From positions 6,760-38,759 of the forward strand of contig JAUQQN010000004.1 of NCBI GenBank assembly GCA_030549845.1: DNA of 32,000 nt, in the 5' to 3' direction. Under the pieces are notes generated by a model. It did not search any database. It was given only the letters and a program-made list of their open reading frames with translations, and was not told the origin of the DNA. Below are positions 23,453 to 31,882 of this stretch, in pieces. This stretch comes from Patescibacteria group bacterium. GTDB lineage: Bacteria; Patescibacteriota; Minisyncoccia; UBA6257; HR35. Every line of letters begins with the position of its first letter. Position 1 is the first letter of the stretch. The position numbers were made by a program, and so were the translations under genes.

Positions 23453-23943
23453 TCTTTTAATTCTTTAATTTGGCTATCATTTAATATTTTATATTCTTCA
23501 ATAAGATTTAAAATAATTTTATAATCATTTTTAATAAATTCAAAATTTATTTCATGAAACCTTCTTAATTTGTCTATTAATAAAAATATTTGTTCGCAAA
23601 ATTCGAAAAGGTATTTTTGAGCTTTTTCTTTATTGTAAGCATTATTTAATTCTTCTCTTACTTCTAAAAGTACCTCTTTTAAGTTTTGAAGGTCTAATCT
23701 TCTTATAGGAACTTGATTTACAGCTTCATTGGTTTTTCTATATGTTATTAATTCAAAAATTTCTTTTATTTTCATCCCTTTTTCAGTTATTTTAAAAAAT
23801 CTTAAGCAATATCCAACTTCTAAATAATTTTCTTCTTGAATAGTTTTAACTTCTATTTTTAATGACAATCTTCTGTTATTTATCTTTAATTCAAAAGGCT
23901 CTACTGTATCCAAAAATGGTTTAAATTCTGGATGTTTTCTCAT
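23428..23943 (-). CDS. Hypothetical protein
   Basis: 171-aa ORF on the same strand as thrS, overlapping its start by 25 nt. No recognisable motif and no SD. Confidence 0.45.
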   Translation of the reverse strand: MRKHPEFKPFLDTVEPFELKINNRRLSLKIEVKTIQEENYLEVGYCLRFFKITEKGMKIKEIFELITYRKTNEAVNQVPIRRLDLQNLKEVLLEVREELNNAYNKEKAQKYLFEFCEQIFLLIDKLRRFHEINFEFIKNDYKIILNLIEEYKILNDSQIKELKEWLNLQGN

Positions 23944-23957
23944 AAAAAAATTTTAGC

Positions 23958-24004
23958 AAAATAAAATTGGCCGGGTGCAGCCCCCATCTCTCTTGCCCCC
24001 GGCC
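23958..24004 (-). terminator. Intrinsic terminator-like hairpin plus U-tract following the mini-ORF
   Basis: The minus strand reads GGCCGGG-(22 nt, with an extra GCA/TGC pairing)-CCCGGCC followed by AATTTTATTTT. The hairpin starts 10 nt after the mini-ORF TGA. Confidence 0.55.
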
Positions 24005-24014
24005 CACCACTTTC

Positions 24015-24122
24015 TCATCTCTTCTTTCTTTGTTTTCTTTTGCGGGCGGTTGACTTCAGTCGCCCGCAATTTTGGCACCTACCATTTCGGTAGGTGCCTT
24101 TTTTACACCGCTTACACTTCAT
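24015..24122 (-). CDS. 35-codon mini-ORF encoding a basic CxxC-x9-CxxC zinc-ribbon-like peptide (MKCKRCKKGTYRNGRCQNCGRLKSTARKRKQRKKR); alternatively part of a structured RNA or leader
   Basis: Hand translation of the reverse complement of 24015..24122. It is preceded by GGAAGGAGGTGGG (a perfect AGGAGGTG SD) 7 nt upstream of the ATG. It is too short for the supplied ORF track. The coding region contains a perfect 10-bp hairpin (24074..24098) and a 7-bp GC hairpin (24042..24067). It is about 45% GC by my count, versus a very AT-rich surrounding. Confidence 0.45.
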   Translation of the reverse strand: MKCKRCKKGTYRNGRCQNCGRLKSTARKRKQRKKR

Positions 24123-24156
24123 TTTATCCCACCTCCTTCCTCTAGAGTAACATTTA

Positions 24157-24186
24157 ATTATATAATTTTTCCCTTTTTTGTGTCAA
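24157..24186 (-). promoter_or_regulatory. Consensus sigma-70 promoter TTGACA-N18-TATAAT
   Basis: The minus strand reads cTTGACAcaaaaaagggaaaaattaTATAATtaaatg. The -35 is at 24181..24186, overlapping the TGA stop of the upstream membrane-protein gene. The -10 is at 24157..24162. Both hexamers match the consensus exactly. Confidence 0.65.
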
Positions 24187-25043
24187 GAGTTTTTTGGTAT
24201 ATTTTGAAGATATTTTGTCAAAAGACCTAAAATAGGAAGATATGTTGTTATTATTCTGTAATATATTAAAGAGAACAAAAATAATGTTGGATTATAACCA
24301 AGATAATAAACATAAAGCAAAGATAAGCCTTCACTCACTCCTGTACCATATAAAAATGGAAATATAGAAGATATTATTACCCAAATTAAATAGGCTATAA
24401 AAGAATCCATGAGTTTAACCCCTGGTAAAAATATAACGTTACTTAAATAAAAAAGATAAAAACTTAAACTTTCTATTAAAAAGGTTATTAATAGTAATTC
24501 TAGAAATTTATAAACTTCGATATTTCTAAAAAATTTTCTTTTTATGATAAATGAAAAAATCAATATTAATAAAAATAAAACTGATGGTAAAAATATTTTA
24601 AAAATCAAAAAAACTAGAGAAAAAAACAAAAATGAGCCTAAAAATACAAAATATGTATAAATTAAATAAGAAAGTGAGGCTCTTCTGCTTTCAGATTCTA
24701 GATTAATTATAGGAGATATAGGGCCAAAAGGAGAGAAAAGTCTTTTTGTGTGAATTTTAAAATACAAGTATGAAGATTGAATTAAATTTTTTTCAAGATC
24801 CAAAATTTTAAAAATTTTGTACCACAATAAAATATGCAATAAAGTAATTGCTAAAAATATTAAAATTGAAGAAATAAGGTAAGTTGAATTAAATAAAAAA
24901 TAATTTTTAAATGAAAATAGTTCAATTAAATATCTATCTTCTATTTCTTTCAACTTATAAATTAAAAAAATTACAAAAATAAAAACAAAGATATTTTCAA
25001 TTAATAATAAAATAGTTAAAATACTATTTTTATTGATTTTCAT
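24183..25043 (-). CDS. Polytopic integral membrane protein, unknown function
   Basis: 286 aa with about 8 hydrophobic segments. No catalytic motif recognised. Confidence 0.55.
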   Translation of the reverse strand: MKINKNSILTILLLIENIFVFIFVIFLIYKLKEIEDRYLIELFSFKNYFLFNSTYLISSILIFLAITLLHILLWYKIFKILDLEKNLIQSSYLYFKIHTKRLFSPFGPISPIINLESESRRASLSYLIYTYFVFLGSFLFFSLVFLIFKIFLPSVLFLLILIFSFIIKRKFFRNIEVYKFLELLLITFLIESLSFYLFYLSNVIFLPGVKLMDSFIAYLIWVIISSIFPFLYGTGVSEGLSLLYVYYLGYNPTLFLFSLIYYRIITTYLPILGLLTKYLQNIPKNS

Positions 25044-25047
25044 TTTA

Positions 25048-25365
25048 TTAGTCTTTTATTTGATAGGTTCGGGCAGCGAATATAAAATATTTTAACCAAT
25101 TTTTTAATTTTTCTTCATCTTCTTTATTAGTGATCTCAATTGAGCTTAAAATTTCTTCATATATTGTTTTAATCTCTTCATTTTCAGAAGGCGTAGGGAT
25201 ATAAAGGCCTTTTATTTCAATTTCTTTTTTTCTTATTTTTTCAAAAAGCTCTAATAAGGCCTCTTTAAATTTTTCTAAATTTTTTATTGTACAACAATTT
25301 TTAGCTGATTCTATTGCTTTATTAATAAATTCATCTTTTGTCAAAGGCTCTATTTTTTCTTTCAT
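25048..25365 (-). CDS. Hypothetical acidic helical protein
   Basis: 105-aa ORF, E/K-rich. It is co-directional with, and 4 nt upstream of, the membrane-protein gene. Confidence 0.4.
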   Translation of the reverse strand: MKEKIEPLTKDEFINKAIESAKNCCTIKNLEKFKEALLELFEKIRKKEIEIKGLYIPTPSENEEIKTIYEEILSSIEITNKEDEEKLKNWLKYFIFAARTYQIKD

Positions 25366-25385
25366 TTTAAAATAATATTATAACA

Positions 25386-27167
25386 ATGGAAGGATATTTA
25401 AACAAAATAAGAAATTTTGCAATTATAGCCCACATAGATCACGGAAAATCCACTCTAGCTGATAGATTTCTAGAAATTACAAATACTATTCCTAAGGAGA
25501 AATTGATCCCCCAATATTTAGATAGATTATCTTTAGAAAGAGAAAAGGGTATAACTATTAAAATGCAACCAGTAAGAATGTTATATAATGGCTATATTCT
25601 AAATTTGATAGACACCCCAGGACATTCTGATTTTTCTTATGAGGTTTCAAGAGCTTTATATGCTGTTGAGGGAGCAATTCTTTTAATCGATGGTACACAG
25701 GGAATTCAAGCTCAAACTGTTTCAAACTTAAATATAGCTCAAGACCTTGGAATTAGAATAATTCCAGCTATTAACAAAATTGATTTGAACATAATAGAGA
25801 TTGATAAATTAGTAAATGACATCCAAAATCTTTTAAGAACTAAAGATATAAAAATTCATTTAATATCAGCAAAGCTTGGTACAGGAGTTAATGAACTTTT
25901 AGATACTATCATAAAAGAAATTCCAAAACCAAAAATTTTGTCTGAAAAACCTATTGCTTTAATTTTTGACTCACACTTTGATAAACATAAAGGTGTTATT
26001 GCTCATATAAGAGTTTTTGGTGGTGAGTTTAAAAAAAATGAAAAATATTACTTAAAAGCCGTAGGTTGTCAATTCAAAGCCTTAGAAGTAGGATATTTTA
26101 CGCCTGATTTAAAAGAAGCTGACGCCCTAAGAGCAGGTGAAATAGGTTATATTGCTACAGGAATAAAAGAACCAAATATCATAAAGATAGGAGATAGCAT
26201 AACCAAAGATATGAATCAAGAAGCTATTCCAGGTTATAAGGAACCTCAGCCTGTAATTTTTGCTTCGGTTTTCCCCTCAGAAGAGATTTCTTATGAAAAA
26301 TTCAAAGACAATGTTTTTAAATTACAATTAAATGACCCAGCAATCAAATTAGAAAATATAAATTCTCCTGTTTTTGGAAGAGGTTTTTTAATTGGCTGTT
26401 TAGGTTTATTACATCTTGAAATCTTTCAAGAAAGACTTAAAAGAGAAATGGAAACAGAAGTTATCTTAACAATGCCGTCAATAAAATATAAAGTTATTTT
26501 AAAAAATGGAAAAGAAATTTATATACAAAATCCAAAGGATCTTCCTGATGCCTCACAAATTCAAGAAATTCAAGAGCCTTGGGTTAAGGTTTTTATTTAC
26601 TCTCCATTTACATATATTGAAGATATCTATGAATTATTAAAAACTAAAAGAGGGATGATTTGTGGACAAAAAATTTATGAAGGATTTTTAGAAATTGAAG
26701 GAGAACTTCCTCTAGATGAATTAATTACAGGATTTTTTGACAAATTAAAATCGGTAACTTCTGGATATGCTACATTAAATTATGAATTTTTAGAATATAG
26801 AAGGGGAGATCTTGTTAAGTTAGATATCTTGATAGCAGAAGAGATCAATCCTTCGCTTTCAAGAATAGTTGTAAAAAATAAGGCAGAAGAAATAGGAAGA
26901 AAAATTTTAATTGAGCTAAAAAATTCTTTACCAAGAGAACAATTTCCAATTAAATTACAAGCTGCAATTGGGGGGAAAATAATCGCAAGAGAAACAATTC
27001 CTGCTTTAAAAGCTGATGTTGCTGGTTGGCTTTATGGAGGAGATATAACTCGAAAAATTAAATTATGGCAAAAGCAAAAAAGGGGTAAAAAGAAATTACA
27101 AAAATTGGGCAAAGGAAAAGTACGAGTTCCTAATGAAGTTTTAATAAAAATTTTTAGAATCTATTAA
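25386..27167 (+). CDS. lepA: Translation elongation factor 4 (LepA)
   Basis: 593 aa. The GTPase motifs are IRNFAIIAHIDHGKSTLADR, DTPGH and NKID. The LepA-type C-terminal region is present (GGDITRK.KL...QK.GKK). Confidence 0.93.
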   Translation: MEGYLNKIRNFAIIAHIDHGKSTLADRFLEITNTIPKEKLIPQYLDRLSLEREKGITIKMQPVRMLYNGYILNLIDTPGHSDFSYEVSRALYAVEGAILLIDGTQGIQAQTVSNLNIAQDLGIRIIPAINKIDLNIIEIDKLVNDIQNLLRTKDIKIHLISAKLGTGVNELLDTIIKEIPKPKILSEKPIALIFDSHFDKHKGVIAHIRVFGGEFKKNEKYYLKAVGCQFKALEVGYFTPDLKEADALRAGEIGYIATGIKEPNIIKIGDSITKDMNQEAIPGYKEPQPVIFASVFPSEEISYEKFKDNVFKLQLNDPAIKLENINSPVFGRGFLIGCLGLLHLEIFQERLKREMETEVILTMPSIKYKVILKNGKEIYIQNPKDLPDASQIQEIQEPWVKVFIYSPFTYIEDIYELLKTKRGMICGQKIYEGFLEIEGELPLDELITGFFDKLKSVTSGYATLNYEFLEYRRGDLVKLDILIAEEINPSLSRIVVKNKAEEIGRKILIELKNSLPREQFPIKLQAAIGGKIIARETIPALKADVAGWLYGGDITRKIKLWQKQKRGKKKLQKLGKGKVRVPNEVLIKIFRIY

Positions 27168-28750
27168 ATAGAAAGATAAAGGGAGCTTAAAGACCAAAGC
27201 TGGACAGGACATCCCTCAAATCGTAATTCTTTCGCTGAACTTAGTTCGCTCATATAGCCTAAAGTTCCCATTTTTAATAAATTTTTCAAGCTAGCTTCTT
27301 TAATTTTATTTATTATTTCTTCATATTTTTTATAGGAGATCTCTCTCAGTGCATAGGAAGCAATATTATTTATCCAAAACCAAGAATCACCACTATGATA
27401 ACTTCTTGGATCTTCTCCTGTATGGACTTTGTGAAATTCTTTTGATTCCTTATTTTCTGAAGAAAACCCTCCCCATTCTAAATAAAATTTTTCAATTATC
27501 TTATCAAAATATTGTAACCATTCATATTCTTCAAAAAAACTTTTACAAAAGAAATATCCTAAAAAAAGGTTTGGAGAAAGAATCTCGTTCTCTGGATAAG
27601 AGTTTGAGAATATTCTTGCCTTTAATAATGTTTTATATTTTTTATATTCGTCAATCAAATTTAATTTTTCTAGCGCACTTAAGTACATCATATCAATCTC
27701 GAAAGCATTAATTCTATTTTTTGTGTCCATCCAAGTGCTTTTTGGTGGTAATGTTATTATCTCTTTTTTAAAGTCATTTTCCCAAATCTTTAGATATTTA
27801 ATCAATAAGTCATAATTATCTTTTATTGCTTTATTGTCTAAAGAATTTATTAAAAGAAGAAAGGTATCTGCTGTTTTAAGAAAGTTCTCCTCCTTATTTT
27901 TATCCCATATTTCTGCTAAATTGTTTAAATAAAAATTCAAAATCTTTCTTTTAATTTCCAAAATATCTTTATTGAAATTCAAAAATATTAAAGTTAGAAG
28001 TTCATCTCTAAACCACCTTTGAGGGAACCAAAATAAGCCTGCCCTGAATTTTTCTCCATTATATAATGAAAGAATTCTTGAAAATAAAAATTTTTTTAAT
28101 GGATGTTGAATTTCGATATCTATACCACCAAAATAATCTAATAAATCTTCTACCTCAACAACAATTTTGCTTATATATCCTCTCAAAGCTTTTAAAATTT
28201 TGAATTTCCATTCTTTCGCGTTTCTATTCTTATCAAACTCAAAATCTTCTTCAATAAATTCATTTATAAGCTGCAAGTTTCCTTCAAAATTTATTTTAAA
28301 ATACAGATCAAAATTTTCTTCTGTGTTAACAAATTGGATATAAAAAACATTGGTTGAAGGTAAAAAACTATACGGAATTTCTTTATTAAAAACTGAATAA
28401 AGTTTTCTTACATCAAAATAAATAGTTAAAAAAAATGGCTTTATACTCTCTAAATGTAATTTCCCTTTGTTTAAATAAATTTTGACAACATTTCCATCCC
28501 TTAAATAAAGCTCAGCGCTTTTTGTATTTATTATTTTAATGCTTTCTATTTCTTCTTGAAGTTCAATATCAGAAATAACCTTAAAAATTCCTTCTTTTTT
28601 TTCTACCCAATATCCCATATATATACTCTGCTTTTTATGAAACTCTTTTATAAACCAATGGTTGTTTTCCGCTAAAACCAAAATAGGATTTTCAACTTTT
28701 ACTTTATAAAATTCTTGAAGTTCTTTTAATTCTTCATAAACAACTAACAT
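27164..28750 (-). CDS. Glycogen-debranching-enzyme-like (alpha/alpha)6-barrel protein (amylo-alpha-1,6-glucosidase/GDE_C-type)
   Basis: 528 aa. The motifs FWFPQRWFRDELLTLIFL and YHSGDSWFWINNIASYAL resemble the conserved W.RD and YH.G..W.W segments of GDE C-terminal domains. It lies immediately downstream of the glycogen synthase gene. Confidence 0.6.
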   Translation of the reverse strand: MLVVYEELKELQEFYKVKVENPILVLAENNHWFIKEFHKKQSIYMGYWVEKKEGIFKVISDIELQEEIESIKIINTKSAELYLRDGNVVKIYLNKGKLHLESIKPFFLTIYFDVRKLYSVFNKEIPYSFLPSTNVFYIQFVNTEENFDLYFKINFEGNLQLINEFIEEDFEFDKNRNAKEWKFKILKALRGYISKIVVEVEDLLDYFGGIDIEIQHPLKKFLFSRILSLYNGEKFRAGLFWFPQRWFRDELLTLIFLNFNKDILEIKRKILNFYLNNLAEIWDKNKEENFLKTADTFLLLINSLDNKAIKDNYDLLIKYLKIWENDFKKEIITLPPKSTWMDTKNRINAFEIDMMYLSALEKLNLIDEYKKYKTLLKARIFSNSYPENEILSPNLFLGYFFCKSFFEEYEWLQYFDKIIEKFYLEWGGFSSENKESKEFHKVHTGEDPRSYHSGDSWFWINNIASYALREISYKKYEEIINKIKEASLKNLLKMGTLGYMSELSSAKELRFEGCPVQLWSLSSLYLSI

Positions 28751-30502
28751 TTATTTTCTAAAGCTAACGTAATAAAGATCTAAGTAATATTTAATCAGAT
28801 TATCCCAAGAACATAAACTTGCTATTCTTCTTGCTTCTAATTTATTTTGTATTCTTGCAGACCGTGAAAGTCTTGCTATTTTTAACATAATTTCTGAAAG
28901 TTCTTCTACAACTTCTATGTCTCTTCTGTTTTTTCTTCTAATAAAATAAATCCCTGGATATTCACTATTAAATTCAGTTATGGTTTTTAGATAATCACTA
29001 AACCCTGTTGTATCAGAAGTTATAGTCATAATCCCAGACAAAGCTGTTTCTAGTGGAGTATAACCCCATGGTTCATATAATGATGGAAAGACTCCTAAAT
29101 GGCAACCTGAAATAGCATCTTCATATGAAAGATTTAAAAATCCATCTCCGCTTCTTAAATAAATAGGGTAATAAATAACTTTCACCTTATCTTCTGGTTT
29201 ATTTAATAAACCTACTGTTTTTAATAAGGATAAAATTTCATCTTCTGGTTTTAAAAGGTGAGTGGATATTGGATAAGTTTTGCTTGTTTTTAATTGTTTT
29301 ATAATCTGCTGAATCTCTAAAAATTCTTCTTTTGAAAATAAAGTTTCACTTTGAATTTTTTCTTTATGTATTAAATAATGTACTAACCTTCCCTTAATTT
29401 CTGGCAAAAGATCCTCTATCTTTTCTTCCAAATTTCTATAGACATTTAAATTATTAAAAATTAAAGGATCTGGCCCTACTGTTTCAGAAGGAACAAAAAT
29501 AAATGCATAAATTTGAGGGTCTTTTTCATTTAATTTTTTATTTAATTCTCCCAAAGCTCTTATAAAAATATCAATTCCTTTATTTCTAATTTCTTTCCTT
29601 CCACTTATAAAATATAAAAGGCTCTTTGAAACTTCTACTTTATAAAATGGCGAAAAGAAGTATAAAATAAAATCCCTTATCAAATCTCTGTTTTTTCTAT
29701 GGAGATAAGTAATTTCTTCAATTGTAGCAAATTTTGTAATATCAATTCCATTAGGCAAAATAAAGTCTGGCTTTCTTTCTAATATAATTTCTGTTTCCGT
29801 TTTTAATACATTACTAATAACTGTAAAAAAGTCTGCTTTTTTAGCTGTAATCTTTTCTATCATATGCTTTGCTTCAACACCATACTTATAAGCTTCCTCA
29901 TCTGGTTTTATTGAATAAAGCTTTTCCCATAAATTACCTCCTGACTCGCTAATCGCTCTTCCTAAAACAGTAGCGTGCGTTGTAAAAATTGTTACAAAAG
30001 GTAATCTTTCAAATAAAATAATAGATCCGGATAACCACTCATGAAGATGCAAAACTTTAGGAATATTGGATAATTTTTCTCCTAATATTTTTAAAAATAT
30101 AGAAGAGGCCCTACACCAAGCAATTGGATGATTATAATCATCTCCTGTTCTTAAGCTATCTACTCTATAATTTGCCCAGAGTTCATACTTCAATGCATTA
30201 ACTTTATCTAAAAAACTTGAATAATCAATCAAAAAGCACTTTGGTCTGGAATTTATTAACCATTCTCCATAATAAACTTTTATTCCAAATTTTTCTGCTT
30301 CTTCTATTACATCTTTAAAAATATCTGGTGGAGTAATTTGAGAAAATTCTAAATAGCTTACTTCTGGAATATAAGGCCCAAGTAAATAATATTCCTCGTT
30401 AAAGTTTTTTTGAATATAAGGAGCCTTGCCTTTAATGACTGTATAAATTCCCCCAACTTTGTTTGCTACTTCCCAACTTGCTTCTATTAATAATTTTTCC
30501 AT
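28751..30502 (-). CDS. Glycogen synthase, eukaryote/GT3-type
   Basis: 583 aa with long collinear matches to animal and fungal glycogen synthase as I recall it. [16 protein letters not shown] matches human [37 protein letters not shown] and [11 protein letters not shown] also match. [20 protein letters not shown] matches [20 protein letters not shown]. Confidence 0.88.
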   Translation of the reverse strand: [583 protein letters not shown]

Positions 30503-31264
30503 TTATAAAATCTCAGTTAATACGAGATTTCCTTCTTTTAAAATTGCGACTGTAACTTCAAAATGGGATGAAAGTGAATTATCATGTGTTTTAAATTCAA
30601 AATCATTAATTTGAACTGCATATTCTGATGAAAAGCTTGCCATTGGTTCTATTGTGAAAATCATTCCTCTTTTTAATTTTAAGCCCTTTCCTTTTTCACC
30701 AAAATTTAAAATTTGTAAATTTCCATGTAAATATTCTCCTATGTCATGCCCACATAAATTTTTTATCACTTTAAAATTATAACTTTCTATAGTATTTTTT
30801 ATAGCAAAACCTATGTCTCCCAATGTATTTCCTTCTCTTGCAATATCTATGGCATTAATTAAAGCTTTTTTTGTTGCCTCTATTAAAAGCTTCGCTTTTT
30901 CTGAAATTTTTCCTACACCTATAGTTTTAGCTGCATCTAGATAAAAATTTTTATAAATAATTCCTATATCCAGTTTTACTAGATCTCCTTCTTTTATTAT
31001 TTGATTATTTTTAGCGATTCCATGGACTATAATTTCATTTAAAGAGATACAAATATTTCTTAGGAAAGGTCTTTTTGCAAAGTCTGGCTTATAACCTTTA
31101 AAAGCACTTTTTACATTATATTTTCTAAAAATTTCTCCAGCTTTCCTATCTATCTCTAAAGTTGGAATTCCTGGTCTTATATATTCTTCTAATTCCTGGA
31201 ATATGTTTTTTAAAATATTCCCTCCTTCTTTCATTATTTTGATTTTTTCTTCAAATTTTTTCAT
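30503..31264 (-). CDS. map: Methionine aminopeptidase, type I
   Basis: 253 aa. The metal-ligand context reads VHGI..., D(L)VKLDIG, GHDIG, FTIEP and (H)FE..V. Confidence 0.9.
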   Translation of the reverse strand: MKKFEEKIKIMKEGGNILKNIFQELEEYIRPGIPTLEIDRKAGEIFRKYNVKSAFKGYKPDFAKRPFLRNICISLNEIIVHGIAKNNQIIKEGDLVKLDIGIIYKNFYLDAAKTIGVGKISEKAKLLIEATKKALINAIDIAREGNTLGDIGFAIKNTIESYNFKVIKNLCGHDIGEYLHGNLQILNFGEKGKGLKLKRGMIFTIEPMASFSSEYAVQINDFEFKTHDNSLSSHFEVTVAILKEGNLVLTEIL

Positions 31265-31871
31265 TTTGGATATATTTTAAAACGTCCTTATGAACTTCGT
31301 TTTGGGATTTTTCTCCATTTATTTCAATTAATAATTTTCTTTTCTTTAACCAATCCAACATTGGTTTTATTTCTTTTTTAAAAACTTTTAACCTTAATTT
31401 AACAGATTTTAAATTATCATCAGGTCTTTTTTCTTTTCTACCCAATGCTCTTTTAATAGCTGTTTTATCAGATATTTTTAAGTAAAAAAAGAGAATTTTT
31501 ACATTTTGAAAGTTTTTTAAAAAATTTAAATACGTTTTTGCCTCAAATAAACTTCTTGGTGATCCTGCAAAAATTATGTTCTTTTTTTCTTTTATTTTCT
31601 TTTTTAAAACATTTAAAATAATATAGCTAACTAATCTATAAGAGGCAAGTTTTCCTTTTTCCATTATTTTTTTCTGTTTCTGAATATTTATTCTTATCTT
31701 CCCTATTTTTAAATATTTTTTCTTAAATGAATTAATAAAGTTTTTTATTTCTTCGCTTGTAGTTATAACTTCAAAATCTAACTTTTTAGACAATAGCTTC
31801 GCTTGAGTATTTTTACCGCAAGCAGGTTTTCCTGTAAAGAAAACAATAGTTATAGAAGTAATTTTTTGCAT
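31251..31871 (-). CDS. adk: Adenylate kinase (divergent P-loop)
   Basis: I trimmed the start to the ATG at 31871, because the longer ORF is a read-through of tRNA-Ile. The P-loop is FFTGKPACGKNTQAKLLS (canonical GPPGAGKGTQA). It also has RPDDN....RLKVFKKEIKPMLDW and sits in the conserved adk-map order. Confidence 0.75.
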   Translation of the reverse strand: MQKITSITIVFFTGKPACGKNTQAKLLSKKLDFEVITTSEEIKNFINSFKKKYLKIGKIRINIQKQKKIMEKGKLASYRLVSYIILNVLKKKIKEKKNIIFAGSPRSLFEAKTYLNFLKNFQNVKILFFYLKISDKTAIKRALGRKEKRPDDNLKSVKLRLKVFKKEIKPMLDWLKKRKLLIEINGEKSQNEVHKDVLKYIQNEKI

Positions 31872-31882
31872 ATTTGTGCTTA

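Noticed and set aside
24042-24104. On the plus strand, the perfect 10-bp hairpin GGCACCTACC-ATTTC-GGTAGGTGCC is followed by TTTTTT. It looks like a textbook intrinsic terminator. Together with the upstream pyrimidine-rich stretch (CCACCACTTTCTCATCTCTTCTTTCTTTGTTTTCTTTT), it could be read as a plus-strand sRNA with an anti-SD-like seed.
   Set aside because: I found no credible plus-strand promoter upstream. Only a TAAAAT at 23962..23967 is present, with a poor -35, and it lies inside the start region of the 171-aa gene. No plus-strand gene needs terminating here. The minus strand has exact -35 and -10 hexamers, a perfect SD, an ATG and its own terminator. I keep this as an alternative to test by strand-specific RNA-seq, not as the primary call.
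23958-24140. A T-box leader, or another tRNA-sensing riboswitch, upstream of thrS. The minus-strand AGTGGTGGGCCGGGG vaguely resembles the T-box GGGTGGTACCGCG, and a terminator follows.
   Set aside because: There is no Stem I with a specifier loop, K-turn or AGAGA/distal-loop motifs. The region is too short, and the match to the T-box core is poor. A 171-aa ORF also lies between it and thrS.
24128-24140. The plus-strand CCCACCTCCTTCC resembles the 3' end of 16S rRNA (CACCTCCTT).
   Set aside because: It is simply the reverse complement of the Shine-Dalgarno sequence of the minus-strand mini-ORF. No other rRNA-like sequence surrounds it.
27160-27170. lepA (+) and the GDE-like gene (-) converge and share overlapping stop codons (TATTAAATA) with no terminator between them.
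   Set aside because: This is a real observation. However, convergent stop-codon overlap is common in compact genomes, and no structure or regulatory motif is visible. It is not considered a feature in itself.
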